In this document: positions 33,601-45,901 of the stretch, one piece after another
Position numbering within the stretch: the first letter of the stretch is position 1
Layout of the letters: each line of letters opens with the position of its first letter
NCBI GenBank assembly: GCA_950097015.1
Contig: CATNEN010000001.1
Span: 24,304,001-24,368,000 of the forward strand
DNA: 64,000 nt
Origin: Macrostomum hystrix
Lineage: Eukaryota; Animalia; Platyhelminthes
Reading direction: 5' to 3'
Program-made: the position numbers and the translations under genes
The notes under the pieces: model-generated
Database searches by the model: none
What the model saw: only the letters and a program-made list of their open reading frames with translations
What the model was told of the DNA's origin: nothing

Positions 33601-36600
33601 CTCGATCTTGGGTGCGGACGTTGCTACTGCTGGTTCAGAGGCTTTTAATTTGCACTTATTTGTTCCTGAGGATCAGGGCCTCTCTGCTCGATCCTCGCTC
33701 CTCAGTTTCCCTGCTGCTGATTGGAATTAGCCAGTCCAGAACTTCGGCAGAATTTGGCCACATGCCCGTTATTGCCACAATTGAAGCAGATTCGCGGTGG
33801 GCGATCCTGCTGCTGTTGCTGCTGCTGATAGTTCTGCGACTGCTGCTGTTGCGCTTGAGTATTTGGCTGCTGTCTCTGCTGATAGTTCTGCCGCTGATAG
33901 TTCTGCTGTTGCTGATAGTTCTGCCGTTGCTGATAATTCTGCTGCTGCTGATAATTCTGCCGCTGCTGATAATTCTGCTGCTGATAGTTCTGCTGCTGCT
34001 GCTGCGGATAGTTCTGCTGCTGCTGCAGGTTCTGAGTAGCCATCTGGACACTGACCATGAGTTCTTGCATGGTTCTCTTTTGTTGTTCTAGTTCTTCTTG
34101 TTGCCTCAGCAATATTTCTTCAATCCTGCTCTGTCTCTTTTGTTCAGCTTCATCACTCTTGGCCATCTTCATACTAACACCTTTGTGGGACATGTTCCAC
34201 GCTGTTTCCATGCGTCTCAGCATTCTCCTTGCATCTTGTAGAGTTGCTGGTGCAGCAAAAATAAGCTTCTCTCTGGTTTCAGCCGGTACTTTTACTCCTT
34301 TAATAAATTGTTCTATTATTTCTTCTTCTCTCTGTTCTGCGGTCATATTCGGAAATGCTCTGGTAGCTAGTTCGATAAGAGCGTCAGAGAAATTTTCCAC
34401 TGGTTCGTTGCGTCCTTGACTACGGCTTCTAAATTCTTCCCTAAATTCGGCGGAGCTTCCTGTTCTTCCGAAACGTTCCACTAGTCTTTCTTTAAATTCT
34501 TCGTAATCTAGATCGTCCGGTAAGTTCATACGCTGCACTGCGGCAAACGCAGTTGAGAGATCGAGGTTGGCTAGGAGCTCGCACTTCCTGTGTGCCTCCT
34601 CTATTCCTTCAGCTTTGCAGTGCTGGTCAAAGGCTGTCAGCCAAATTCTGATTTCCTGATTTGGCGTGAATTTTTGAATTTTGACATGTCTCGTCGGTCC
34701 CAGTTCTAATCGGTTTCTTAGTTCTTCTGCTAGCATGGCGATTGCATCGTTGGCATTCATTTTGACTACTTGACTATGAATAGCTTATTTCTAAGTAAGA
34801 TTCTGCCGCTTTTCCGATCATTTTCCGCTGCCACCAAGTTGTTGTAGTGCTTCTTCTACAATTGCACTTTTCTAGTAATTCAAACTCTCCTCATACTGTA
34901 AGTAATTGGCCTAAACTTCTGACTTATTGCCTGTCAATCATTTTAGAGTGACATATACATTATACCACACCCCTGCTCGGGTGGACTTATGCAAACTACA
35001 GATAGTTTGGGTAGCGTGGCTCTTTGTCACGATATTTCTGGCCTCCTGCCAGTTATATTCTAGATATTAAATCTAGTTAGATCTGGAGACAATGCTCTCA
35101 GGTGATTCAGACAAGTTTTGTCAGGTAATTCAGGCTCTCTGGCCAGTCTGTACTCGGGCTTCCCCGGATCGGTTTCAACGGCTTCCACTTACTTTAGAAA
35201 TAAGTAAGGCTTTGTTAAGATTGCTCACGAGGAGAATTGAACTGTTTCTTAATAATGGGCACGAAACGGTTACTGTCTTTATCACTTCCCGCCTCTATTT
35301 ATAGCAATATTCCTAATACACTCAGCATACACACGGTATATTTCTTTTCATCTTAACAAATCGCATAAGTCGAATATTATAAGCATAAGCGTAGCATATT
35401 TTTAGCACGAATTCAAATATAGCCTGTTATATTTGTTAATGTATTTTGATTCATAATTTGTTAGAATGTTAGGATTTTTCTGAAAGTTCTATAGCTAATA
35501 AGTAGGATATAAATATACAATTCGGGAACAAAATGTTGCCAATGGTTGCATCTGTCACACTGAAGGGCATGTTGCCTAGCAGTAAAACAGCATGGCAAAC
35601 AGCACAATCATCTATGAAAGCTAAAGCTTAAGCCATGAAGTCTAAAATATTCTTCTTAAAATACTGTTTAAAAATTCTGATAATATTTCTATGAATGATA
35701 CTTCAAACAAAAATTAAATGCTTCAATATCTTGATTGTTGTTGAAAGCCTTTGTTGAAGGCTCAAAGAAAAAATAAACATAAGATATTTTGAAATATAAG
35801 TATTTATTCCTGAATTTCCCCAAACTACCTATAACTTTTACCTATAATTTTTAGCTTGACTGGCAAAATAATTTAAGATTTACATTTCAAAATATTAGAG
35901 TTCAGACTTTTTTGCCATTAAAATAGACAATTTAATGATTGGTAATAATAATTTTTGGGAAATAATTACATTATGGGAAGATTAGTAAAATGTGTCATCC
36001 TGGCTGTAATACTGTAGTTGTTCTGTAACTGCCTCTGTCAACTATAATTGTAATTGGTAACCAAAATATGCCAGAAGGTTTTTCCTGTCCTATAGTTTCC
36101 CATAAGTATCTATGATTTCTAAGGAACACTACTAAACACTTTTAGACCTGAAAGAAGGCAGAAAAGTGACCATTGATTTTGCTGGCAAAAATTTTGTTTT
36201 TGATTTATGAAAAATGTAAATAAGTATGTGTCTAGTGACTTTGTTCAAATATTTAAGCAACATCTAACAAATAACTAGCTCACATTAAGTGGGGATGTTA
36301 ACATAACATTGCTATGTAAGGTTTTTTTTAATTTAGTAGACTTGTTAAAATGTGCTATGCACCCTTATACTAGGCATGCTGAAATTCTTGGGTTCAATTT
36401 TTTAAGTAAATATTACTGTTCTGTGCACTTTTTGTGATGAGATAAGTGCCTTTTACTGTGCCTAAGTGCCTAATTTACCCACTACGTTATAGTATTGAGC
36501 TAACAATCAAAATTTCCTTGTAAAAACAAAAACCTCCAATGTCTTGTTGTTTATATGGCTTTTTTAGAACAAGCCCTAAGCTCTAGGGCATATATGCTAT

Positions 36601-37386
36601 ATTGTATTCTTGCCAGGCACCTGACCTCTTAATTTATGCAACCTGAGAATCAATGAAGACCTGTCCGAACAAGACATTTTTATTAAACTGTAAGCAGTTT
36701 TCACTTCAAATAATATTGATGGCTTATGTAATATTGCTACTAGGAATTTAGGGAGGCATATATGGAAATATAAAGTATAAAATAAGAAAACTAAAATGTT
36801 TCTTTCTTAAATGTGTAAATTTTGTAGCCTTAAATGCCTTTGCATAATTTCTGGCATAAAGTAGACAATAAAAAAGTTTCAAGTACGAGTATATTGAGCT
36901 CTGTAGCTACTATTTAGGTGAAAATGTGACTTTCTTTAAAAAGTGCCCAACCTACAACTCGAAACACACAACCAGGAGATGGAATTCCTGACCAGCTCGT
37001 TGCAAAACCTCAAGGCGGTACAGCAGAAGTTCATGGAATCCAAGGAGGCCGTTGAAAAGCTCACTCCGCAGAGGGCCAATTCTGAACTGCTGGTGCCCAT
37101 GACCAGTACTCTGTATGTGCTCGGCCACCTGTCACAGCCGGACAAGGTCACGGTGGACATTGGCACGGGCTACTACGCCGAGATGAGCACAGCCCAGGCT
37201 GCTGATTTCTTTCAACGCAAAGCTGAATTCCTAGCCAAAGAGATGGAGCGGGTGCAGCCGGGGCTGCAGGAGAAGTATGCAACCAAGCAGGCGGTGACGG
37301 AGGTGCTGCAGAGCAAAGTGCGGCAAGCGGTGGCTAGCCAGCAGGCCAGCACTGTCCAGGCCCAGGCTGGTGGCAATCAGCCCTGA
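27680..37386 (+). CDS. PFDN5: Prefoldin subunit 5 (2 exons, 160 aa)
   Basis: Exon 1 27680-27751 (MAQSIPITQLSIQQLREVLEKIDE|GTAAGT) joins in phase 0 to exon 2 36976-37386 (EMEFLTSSL..LLVPMTSTLYVLG..VTVDIGTGYYAEM). Confidence 0.92.
29567..30460 (-). CDS. Additional ORF of the Gypsy element (297 aa from ATG 30460), unknown function
   Basis: GC-rich open frame between pol and the 3' LTR; TATATAAA at 30535-30528; Pro/Arg-rich middle and helical-looking C-terminus; no signal peptide or TM evident. Confidence 0.6.
   Translation of the reverse strand: MAEITSLSDFLQELIDCNEVQNEFTGVSVEVLPAGSETEPPIGECNVVDTTPRNELAAPLRQATRPKPPAYKGTAVKRMRTSSPRLEPENRPRGSPQSRVSRLPISTAEIRRPTVLLQQPPAHRPSQKTKVVQQPKPQSTVYRPPSRQPLAPRPQKSSTLEDNWPPRSAAAHARADRPAASRIPPPRIGTREERVAKAQHKLTQYLLKIVFLRHDQALPQRAHIWPSIRSLRSATDTAGAITAMETVADRIRRALNAGDRQAFRTLLNIEVRWILIQLGWIHYEEPPPQFEFFSFLT
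30814..33711 (-). CDS. Gypsy pol (protease-RT-RNase H, no integrase), -1 frame, in-frame TGA at 33675-33673
   Basis: FLLDTGA, ILGMEF, LDLNSGYWQ, YIDDII, DTDASD, TKKELLA, RTDHKAI, NADGLSR; slippery G GGA AAC at 33711-33705. Confidence 0.88.
33702..34760 (-). CDS. Gypsy gag with QQQNY repeats and CCHC zinc knuckle
   Basis: EEFRSRSQGRNEPVENFSDALIELA, EQFIKG, CFNCGNNGHVAKFC. Confidence 0.9.
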   Translation of the reverse strand: MNANDAIAMLAEELRNRLELGPTRHVKIQKFTPNQEIRIWLTAFDQHCKAEGIEEAHRKCELLANLDLSTAFAAVQRMNLPDDLDYEEFKERLVERFGRTGSSAEFREEFRSRSQGRNEPVENFSDALIELATRAFPNMTAEQREEEIIEQFIKGVKVPAETREKLIFAAPATLQDARRMLRRMETAWNMSHKGVSMKMAKSDEAEQKRQSRIEEILLRQQEELEQQKRTMQELMVSVQMATQNLQQQQNYPQQQQQNYQQQNYQQRQNYQQQQNYQQRQNYQQQQNYQRQNYQQRQQPNTQAQQQQSQNYQQQQQQQDRPPRICFNCGNNGHVAKFCRSSGLANSNQQQGN

Positions 37387-38045
37387 GTTCATTCAGCTCA
37401 GCTTCAGCTTCTGAGTGTTGATTTTCAATGTTTGTTAATTATGAAACACCTTTTCTACAAGTTTTTACTGTTAGTGGCATTGCTAGCAGGTTTTGCCTAA
37501 TTTCCTTTAACTAAAATACACATCGGTTCGCTTCTGTCACTCCTACAAACAATTTTCCACCAAATCCACCAGCGTACGCTTTGCTTTTCTACTTTACTTG
37601 TGACTTTATCTCTACTCTGTTTGTTGCCTAAGATGCCCGATGCACACACAAATTTCGTATTTGCTTATTCGATGAGAAACTAGCAGCAATTATTAACACG
37701 CGAAATTGGCGAGCAGTGCTTTTGCAAAAGTTACTGAGGACAATAAAGTGAAGTAGAGCTTGCATTGTTTAATCCTTATGATTGGTTTCTCGTTTGTGCA
37801 GTTTGATGTCATTTTAAGTATTTTTTTATTGAGCTCCAAATTACAAAACCGCCAGTGTAAAGTTTAGAATAGATCAATAGAAATTTTACCTCGAATCGAA
37901 CTCACGAAATAGGCCAGAAATCTAGAGTTAAAGAAATTATTTTATTTTTCGGTCATAAGTGCTTTTATTGCTACTGTCAGCTAGTAGACTATCGCGAACA
38001 TAAACAAACTATTTTTTCTAGCTGAACACAAGCCAGACAAATACA

Positions 38046-38495
38046 ATGCCAGAGATAGTTGAAGCAGCCGGTCTTGTTGTGTTCTCCCGTCCGACTGGCG
38101 GCTCGGACGAGCCCCTCTACCTCATGCTGCACTCGTCGCGCACCCAGGACCGGTGGACGCCGCCAAAGGGCCACCTGGAAGCCGGCGAGTCCCTGCTCGA
38201 CTGCGCCATTCGTGAGACTCGCGAGGAGAGCGGCCTGACTCGCCTCCGTCTAGTTGACGCCTTCGCTGCCACCGAGATTCGCTACAACAGCCGGCGCCAC
38301 GAGGAGCGGCTCAAGAGCTGCACCTTCTGGTTAGCCGAGGTCGCTGACGAAGCTGAAGCTGCAGCGGTTCAACTGTCGCACGAGCATCGCGACTTTCGCT
38401 GGTGCCGACTGGACGAAGCCGCCCAGCTGGCCCGGGCCGGCTTTCCTGAGGTGCTGCCGCTGCTGCAGAGGGCCCACAGCTACATCTGCGCGTGA
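38046..38495 (+). CDS. NUDT2: Bis(5'-nucleosyl)-tetraphosphatase (Ap4A hydrolase, Nudix)
   Basis: AAGLVVF, WTPPKGHLEAGES..AIRETREESGL (Nudix box), FWLAE, LSHEHRDFRW. Confidence 0.9.
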   Translation: MPEIVEAAGLVVFSRPTGGSDEPLYLMLHSSRTQDRWTPPKGHLEAGESLLDCAIRETREESGLTRLRLVDAFAATEIRYNSRRHEERLKSCTFWLAEVADEAEAAAVQLSHEHRDFRWCRLDEAAQLARAGFPEVLPLLQRAHSYICA

Positions 38496-38644
38496 GCCGC
38501 CTGGGACCCGCCTTAACTGCTAGACTGTTGTTTTTACTGGCTTGTCTAACTCGCTTCGAATTTTTGTCCTCGAAATTGTCTATGGCCGAAATTTCTGGCC
38601 CTGAACCCCAACACCCCAGTCTAAAGCCTGACTGAAAGCCAGCC

Positions 38645-40230
38645 TAAACCATAAGATCCTCATCCTGAACCATAACACCCTCATCCTGAACCCTAACATC
38701 CTCATCCTGAACCCTAACACCCTCATCCTGAACCCTAACACCCTCTTCCTGAACCCTAACATCCTCACCCTGAGCCCTAACATCCTCATCCTGAGCCCTA
38801 ACACCCTCATCCTGAACCCTAACATCCTCACCCTGAACCCTAACATCCTCATCCTGAACCCTAACACCCTCATCCTGAACCCTAACATCCTCATCCTGAA
38901 CCCTAACATCCTCATCCTGAACCCTAACATCCTCATCCTGAACCCTAAAATCCATATCATGAACCCTAATAACCTAGTCCTGAACCCTAACACCCTCATC
39001 CTGAACCCTAACACCCTCATCCTGAACCCTAACATCCTCATCCTGAACCCTCTCATCCTGAGCCCTAACACCCTCATCCTGAACCCTCTCATCCTGAACC
39101 CTAACATCCTCATCCTGAACCCTAACATCCTCATCCTGAACCCTAACATCCTCATCCTGAACCCTAACATCCTCATCCTGAACCCTAACACCCTCATCCT
39201 GAACCCTAACATCCTCATCCTGAACCCTAACATCCTCATCCTGAACCCTAACACCCTCATCCTGAACTCTAACATCCTCATCCTGAACCCTAACACCCTC
39301 ATCCTGAACCCTAACATCCTCATCCTGAACCCTAACATCCTCATCCTGAACCCTAACATCCTCATCCTGAACCCTAACATCCTCATCCTGAACCCTAACA
39401 TCCTCATCCTGAACCCTAACATCCTCATCCTGAACCCTCTCATCCTGAGCCCTAACACCCTCATCCTGAACCCTAACGTCCTCATCCTGAACCCTAACAT
39501 CCTCATCCTGAACCCTAACATCCTCATCCTGAACCCTAACACCCTCATCCTGAACCCTAACATCCTCATCCTGAACCCTAACACCCTCATCCTGAACCCT
39601 AACATCCTCATCCTGAACCCTAACATCCGCATCCTGAACCCTAACATCCTCATCCTGAACCCTAACATCCTCATCCTGAACCCTAACATCCTCATCCTGA
39701 ACCCTAACATCCTCATCCTGAACCCTAACATCCTCATCCTGAACCCTAACACCCTCATCCTGAACCCTAACATCCTCATCCTGAACCCTAACATCCTCAT
39801 CCTGAACCCTAACACCCTCATCCTGAACCCTAACATCCTCATCCTGAACCCTAACATCCTCATCCTGAACCCTAACATCCTCATCCTGAACCCTAACACC
39901 CTCATCCTGAACCCTAACATCCTCATCCTGAACCCTAACACCCTCATCCTGAACCCTAACATCCTCATCCTGAGCCCTAACATCCTCATCCTGAGCCCTA
40001 ACACCCTCATCCTGAACCCTAACATCCTCATCCTGAACCCTAACATCCTCATCCTGAACCCTAACACCCTCATCCTGAACCCTAACACCCTCATCCTGAA
40101 CCCTAACACCCTCATCCTGAACCCTAACACCCTCATCCTGAACCCTAACATCCTCATCCTGAACCCTAACACCCTCATCCTGAACCCTAACACCCTCATC
40201 CTGAACCCTAACATCCTCATCCTGAACCCC
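38645..40230. repeat. 21-bp minisatellite (AACCCTAACATCCTCATCCTG)n containing CCCTAA
   Basis: About 75 tandem copies. Confidence 0.97.
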
Positions 40231-41509
40231 AAGATCTTTAGCCTCAGCCGAAATCTGAATAAGAAAACACAGTGAGGTTGCAGTTTTTGGTTGTCAGAGC
40301 CACCAGACAGAAGCTATATATATATTTTTGTAGCTAGTGAACATGTTAAGCAGTGTACTTTCATGTGCATTGTTTTCACTAATTAGCTACTAACAGTAGT
40401 CACTCTAGGACTGGCAGACTAGCTTAGTTAGCTGCATTCTCAAAGACCTGTACTTTTCTTAGTTTATTTACTCTAGTAGGCAAAAGCGCAACAGCTTATA
40501 CTTTTTTTATTTCAATTAATTTTTACAATTAGAGAACTGTGCTCACACCATTGTCAAAATAATTTACGAAGTGTTTGCGCCCTGTGGACAACTCTATCCA
40601 ATGTCATGTACTTGGCTTCCCGTGAACAGTTTTAGAACATCATGTTCCAGAAAACTATAGCCGCATAACAGAAAGTATTATCTTACATTGGACTGATTGA
40701 CTGTTGTCGTCTTTCTAGTTTTAATGCTGAGTAAGATTTGAATGCGATTTTAAAAAGTGGAAAATTCACAACTCCTGTATTTTATTCTGCATCATTTTGT
40801 TGCCATGTAGTCTTTGTTTTTCTAATATTGATGCGCAAATTGTATGCTGTTTGGGAAAAACTTAGTTAATACTCCTTTTCATAATACTATAACCTGTAGT
40901 TTTAATTATGTTTTTAATACTTTCTCAACTCCGAGATTCACCTATTACCCTCCATACCCAGTGTCTGAAGCACTTAAGCGAGCTTTACAACCGGCATACC
41001 ATTGATGTGTACTACATAATTTAATAAATTTTGAGAAAAACATTTTGCTGCTATATTTTCTTTTTGCTATAAGCAAATTGAGCTCAGCTAAAAACTGGTA
41101 TTTGCCATTTTCGAGAAAAATACTGGTATCGAGCTGAAATTGTGCATTCGGTCTTCTTTGAAAAGAAAATGTCCACTTTTTCGTTGCATTCTACTTTGAG
41201 TAGGATAGTGATAAAACGATTTAGACGTGTCTTCAATTCCGGAACCTTATAAAAACTCTACGAAAATATTCATAAGGACTATTCTATGGCAATAAGTGAT
41301 CGTATTCAGGTTTGTTATCAGTTGTAGAATTACATTTAGTGTTTTCGCATAAAAAGCATTTAAGAATAAGCTGTTGTTTTGATGGCACCAAAGATGCATA
41401 AAACGGAGTCGCAAAAGTTCATCGTTGGTGAGTCCTAGTTTCTGCCTTAAAGTGCACCATGTGTGTATTATTTTCAATCTGAAACTTTTGGGAATTTTAG
41501 CTTAAGGGC

Positions 41510-43470
41510 TTCAGATCCTCGGCCTTGACAACCTCCCCCAGATCCTCAGCCTTGACAACCTCCCCTGATCCTCAGCCTTGACAACCTCCCCCAGATCCTC
41601 AGCCTTGACAACCTCCCCCAGATCCACAGGCTTGACATCCTTCCTCAGATCCTCAGGCTTGACATCCTCCCTCAGATCCTCAGGCTTGACATCCTCCCTC
41701 AGATCCTCAGGCTTGACAACCTCCATCTGATCCTCAGGCTTGATAACCTCCCTCAGATCCTCAGGCTTGACAACCTCCCCAGATCCTCAGCCTTGACATC
41801 CTCCCTCAGATCCTCAGCCTTGACAACCTCCCCCAGATCCACAGGCTTGACAACCTCCCCAGATCCTCAGCCTTGACAACCTCCCCTGATCCTCAGGCTT
41901 GGCAACCTCCCTCAGATCCTCAGGCTTGACAACCTCCATCTGATCTTCAGACTTGACAACCTCCCCCCTGATCCAAAGCCTTGACGACCTCCCCCAGATC
42001 CTCAGCCTTGACAACCCCCCTCAGATCCTCAGCCTTGACAACCTCCCCTGATCCTCAGGCTTGACAACCTCCCTCAGATCCTCAGGCTTGACAACCTCCA
42101 TCTGATCTTCAGACTTGACAACCTCCCCCTGATCCTAAGCCTTGACGACCTCCCCCAGATCCTCAGCCTTGACAACCCCCCTGATCCTCAGGCTTTACAT
42201 CCTCCCTCAGATCCTCAGGCTTGGTAACCTCTCCCTGATCCTCAGGCTTGACATCCTCCCCTAGATCCTCACGCTTGACATCCTTCCTCAGATCCTCAGG
42301 CTTGACATCCTCCCTTAGATCCTCAGGCTTGACAACCTCCCCCTGATCCTCAGGCTTGATTATCTCCCTCAGATCCTCAGGCTTGACAACCTCCCCTAGA
42401 TCCTCACGCTTGACATCCTTCCTCAGATCCTCAGGCTTGACATCCTTCCTCAGATCCTCAGGCTTGACAACCTCCATCTGATCTTCAGACTTGACAACCT
42501 CCCCCCTGATCCAAAGCCTTGACGACCTCCCCCAGATCCTCAGCCTTGACAACCCCCCTCAGATCCTCAGCCTTGACAACCTCCCCTGATCCTCAGGCTT
42601 GACAACCTCCCTCAGATCCTCAGGCTTGACAACCTCCATCTGATCTTCAGACTTGACAACCTCCCCCTGATCCTAAGCCTTGACGACCTCCCCCAGATCC
42701 TCAGCCTTGACAACCCCCCTGATCCTCAGGCTTTACATCCTCCCTCAGATCCTCAGGCTTGGTAACCTCTCCCTGATCCTCAGGCTTGACATCCTCCCCT
42801 AGATCCTCACGCTTGACATCCTTCCTCAGATCCTCAGGCTTGACATCCTCCCTTAGATCCTCAGGCTTGACAACCTCCCCCTGATCCTCAGGCTTGATTA
42901 TCTCCCTCAGATCCTCAGGCTTGACAACCTCCCCTAGATCCTCACGCTTGACATCCTTCCTCAGATCCTCAGGCTTGACATCCTTCCTCAGATCCTCAGG
43001 CTTGACAACTTCCATCTGATCCTCAGGCTTGATTATCTCCCTCAGATCCTCAGGCTTGACAACCTCCATCTGATCCTCAGGCTTGATTATCTCCCTCAGA
43101 TACTCAGGCTTGACAACCTCCCTCAGATCCTCAGGCTTGACAACCTCCCCCAGATCCTCACGCTTGACATCCTTCCTCAGATCCTCAGGCTCGACATCCT
43201 TCCTCAGGCTTGACAAATGGACAACATCCCCAAATTATCATCAGGCTTGCTAACCTCCCTCACATCCTCAGGCTTGCTAAACTCCCTCACATCCTCAGGC
43301 TTGATAACCTCCCTCACATCCTCAGGCTTGATAACCTCCCTCAGATCCTCAGGCTCGACATCCTTCCTCAGGCTTGACAAATGGACAACATCCCCAAATG
43401 ATCATCAGGCTTGATAACCTCCCTCACATCCTCAGGCTTGACAACCTCCATCTGATCCTCACGTTTGATA
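41510..43470. repeat. 27-bp minisatellite (GATCCTCAGGCTTGACAACCTCCCTCA)n with a 538-bp higher-order duplication
   Basis: Tandem variants; the block ending at 42163 recurs at 42701. Confidence 0.93.
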
Positions 43471-44014
43471 AGCTCCCACCGTCAGACACTTGAGTCTGAA
43501 AACTATTTTTCCCTTGCCTTAAAAGGCTAGCAGTTTCTTGAAGTGTCAAATCCATATAAAAGATAGTCAACGATCCTTGTTTTAAATGATGTTCCCTTGA
43601 ACGAAAACAATTTGCGTCAGAATTTTCCCCTACGACACTATATATATAAACACTTCCACCATCTTTAATTGAGTATTGGATCATTATTTTTCATAACAAA
43701 ATACCTCAATAGTTGGAAATTTCTAGAAATCCGCTGCGAATACAGAAATCAGTCTATCCTTGTGGGCTTTTAATATTGGCCCAGGTGCAAATAACCCCGA
43801 TAGAGTTGCTAGCGAAAATTTTCCTTTCAAGTTTTTCTTAAGCTTTTTTTGGTCACGTCGTCTGGCCAGATGGAGGCGAGCTAATAAGAGGCCACTTGGA
43901 TGCTTTGATTAAACACCTGAAAGCAGAGCTGGTCGCATGCTACAGATGCTTTCTCTTCCTAAACCAATTCCTTGTCCAAACCCCTGTACATGTAAAAATC
44001 TTTAACGTCAGCTT

Positions 44015-45142
44015 TGTTGTATTGACGTCTGAGACGCAACCACTCACAATTGTATTGACGTCTGAGACACAAACACTCACAATTGTATTGACTTCTGAGA
44101 CGGAAGCACTCACAGTTGTATTGACTTCTGAGACGGAAACACTCACAATTGTATTGACGTCTGAGACAGAAACACTCACAATTGTATTGACGTCTGAGAC
44201 GGAAGCACTCACAGTTGTATTGACTTCTGAGACGGAAGCACTCACAATTGTATTGACGTCTGAGACAAACACTCACAATTGTATTGACGTCTGAGACAAA
44301 CACTCACAATTGTAATGACGTCTGAGACAAACACTCACAATTGTAATGACGTCTGAGATAAACACTCACTATTGTATTGACGTCTGAGATAAACACTCAC
44401 AATTGTAATGACGTCTGAGATAAACACTCACTATTGTAATGACGTCTGAGATAAACACTCACTATTGTAATGACGTCTGAGATAAACACTCACAATTGTA
44501 ATGACGTCTGAGATAAACACTCACAATTGTAATGACGTCTGAGATAAACACTCACTATTGTAATGACGTCTGAGATAAACACTCACTATTGTAATGACGT
44601 CTGAGATAAACACTCACTATTGTAATGACGTCTGTGACAAACACTCACAATTGTAATGACGTCTGAGATAAACACTCACTATTGTAATGACGTCTGAGAT
44701 AAACACTCACTATTGTAATGACGTCTGAGATAAACACTCACAATTGTATTGACGTCTGAGATAAACACTCACTATTGTAATGACGTCTGAGATAAACACT
44801 CACTATTGTAATGACGTCTGAGATAAACACTCACTATTGTAATGACGTCTGAGATAAACACTCACTATTGTAATGACGTCTGTGACAAACACTCACAATT
44901 GTAATGACGTCTGAGATAAACACTCACTATTGTAATGACGTCTGAGATAAACACTCACTATTGTAATGACGTCTGTGACAAACACTCACAATTGTAATGA
45001 CGTCTGAGATAAACACTCACTATTGTAATGACGTCTGAGATAAACACTCACAATTGTAATGACGTCTGACACAAACACTCACAATTGTAATGACGTCTGA
45101 CACAAACACTCACAGTTGTAATGACGTCTGAGACGCAAACAC
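44015..45142. repeat. 33/31-bp minisatellite (TTGACGTCTGAGACACAAACACTCACAATTGTA)n
   Basis: 33-bp units switch to 31-bp units near 44270. Confidence 0.95.
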
Positions 45143-45901
45143 TTGTTTTGTCAACTGTGCCACAAGAACATAAAAAAGTAGTCGACGATCGAAATTAGTA
45201 AAAAGCTATTCTACAATGCATAATAGGTTTGCACTTAAACAAAAAAGCTGGAAAACTGCTTTGAACGTACGTCTCGCACATATAGCCAACCCATCAGGCA
45301 CATTGCACTTTGTCAATAAAAAACGACGAAAAACCACCTTTTTTAGCCAGTCTGTTTTCGTCCGAGAAGTGGGCATCAAAACGGTACATTAGTAAACAGA
45401 TCTAATGTTCCTAACATAACGAGCCATGGTTACAAGATTTTGCACTTAAAATACTTCTGGCTCAGTGGCTTCTCAGTTGTATTTGAAGTGTTTGACTTGA
45501 ATATACAAGAACAAGACAGACTGAACATCTAACTAAAATGTTCTGAATTTTCTATGCAAGCTGTCTGGTTATTTTTATCTTGAAGCAGATGTCTATTTGA
45601 ATTTGTAGTCAGGAAATAGTTTAAATTATCAGATACGAAATGATTTTCAAAGGCCGTATGCTTCATTTACTTTAATTATCTTCATTTACTGTTTGACACG
45701 TTTTCAGTAAAATTTAAGCAAAAGGCTGTATATTTAGTGTCATCTCTGCTGAAACTTAACTGTTTATATATTTCAGAAAGATCATTGGTAGGTCATTGCG
45801 ATTGTTTTATTCCCGAGTCGCTTATCGCCCAAGTAGTATAACAAAATTTGTTCGTTATTTATTCTTTAATTCCCCACGATAAACGCACACACGCACAGGT
45901 G

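Larger units (their letters stand above)
28800..35419 (-). mobile_element. Young Gypsy LTR retrotransposon in the PFDN5 intron (antisense), lacking integrase, with an extra 3' ORF
   Basis: Direct repeats 28800-29379 and 34840-35419 (580 bp, 2 mismatches seen). PBS TGGTGGCAGCGG (34836-34825, tRNA-Leu-like); gag, protease, RT and RNase H present. Confidence 0.93.

Noticed and set aside
36943-36975. ORF-track start of prefoldin 5
   Set aside because: Intronic; the true N-terminus is the exon at 27680-27751.
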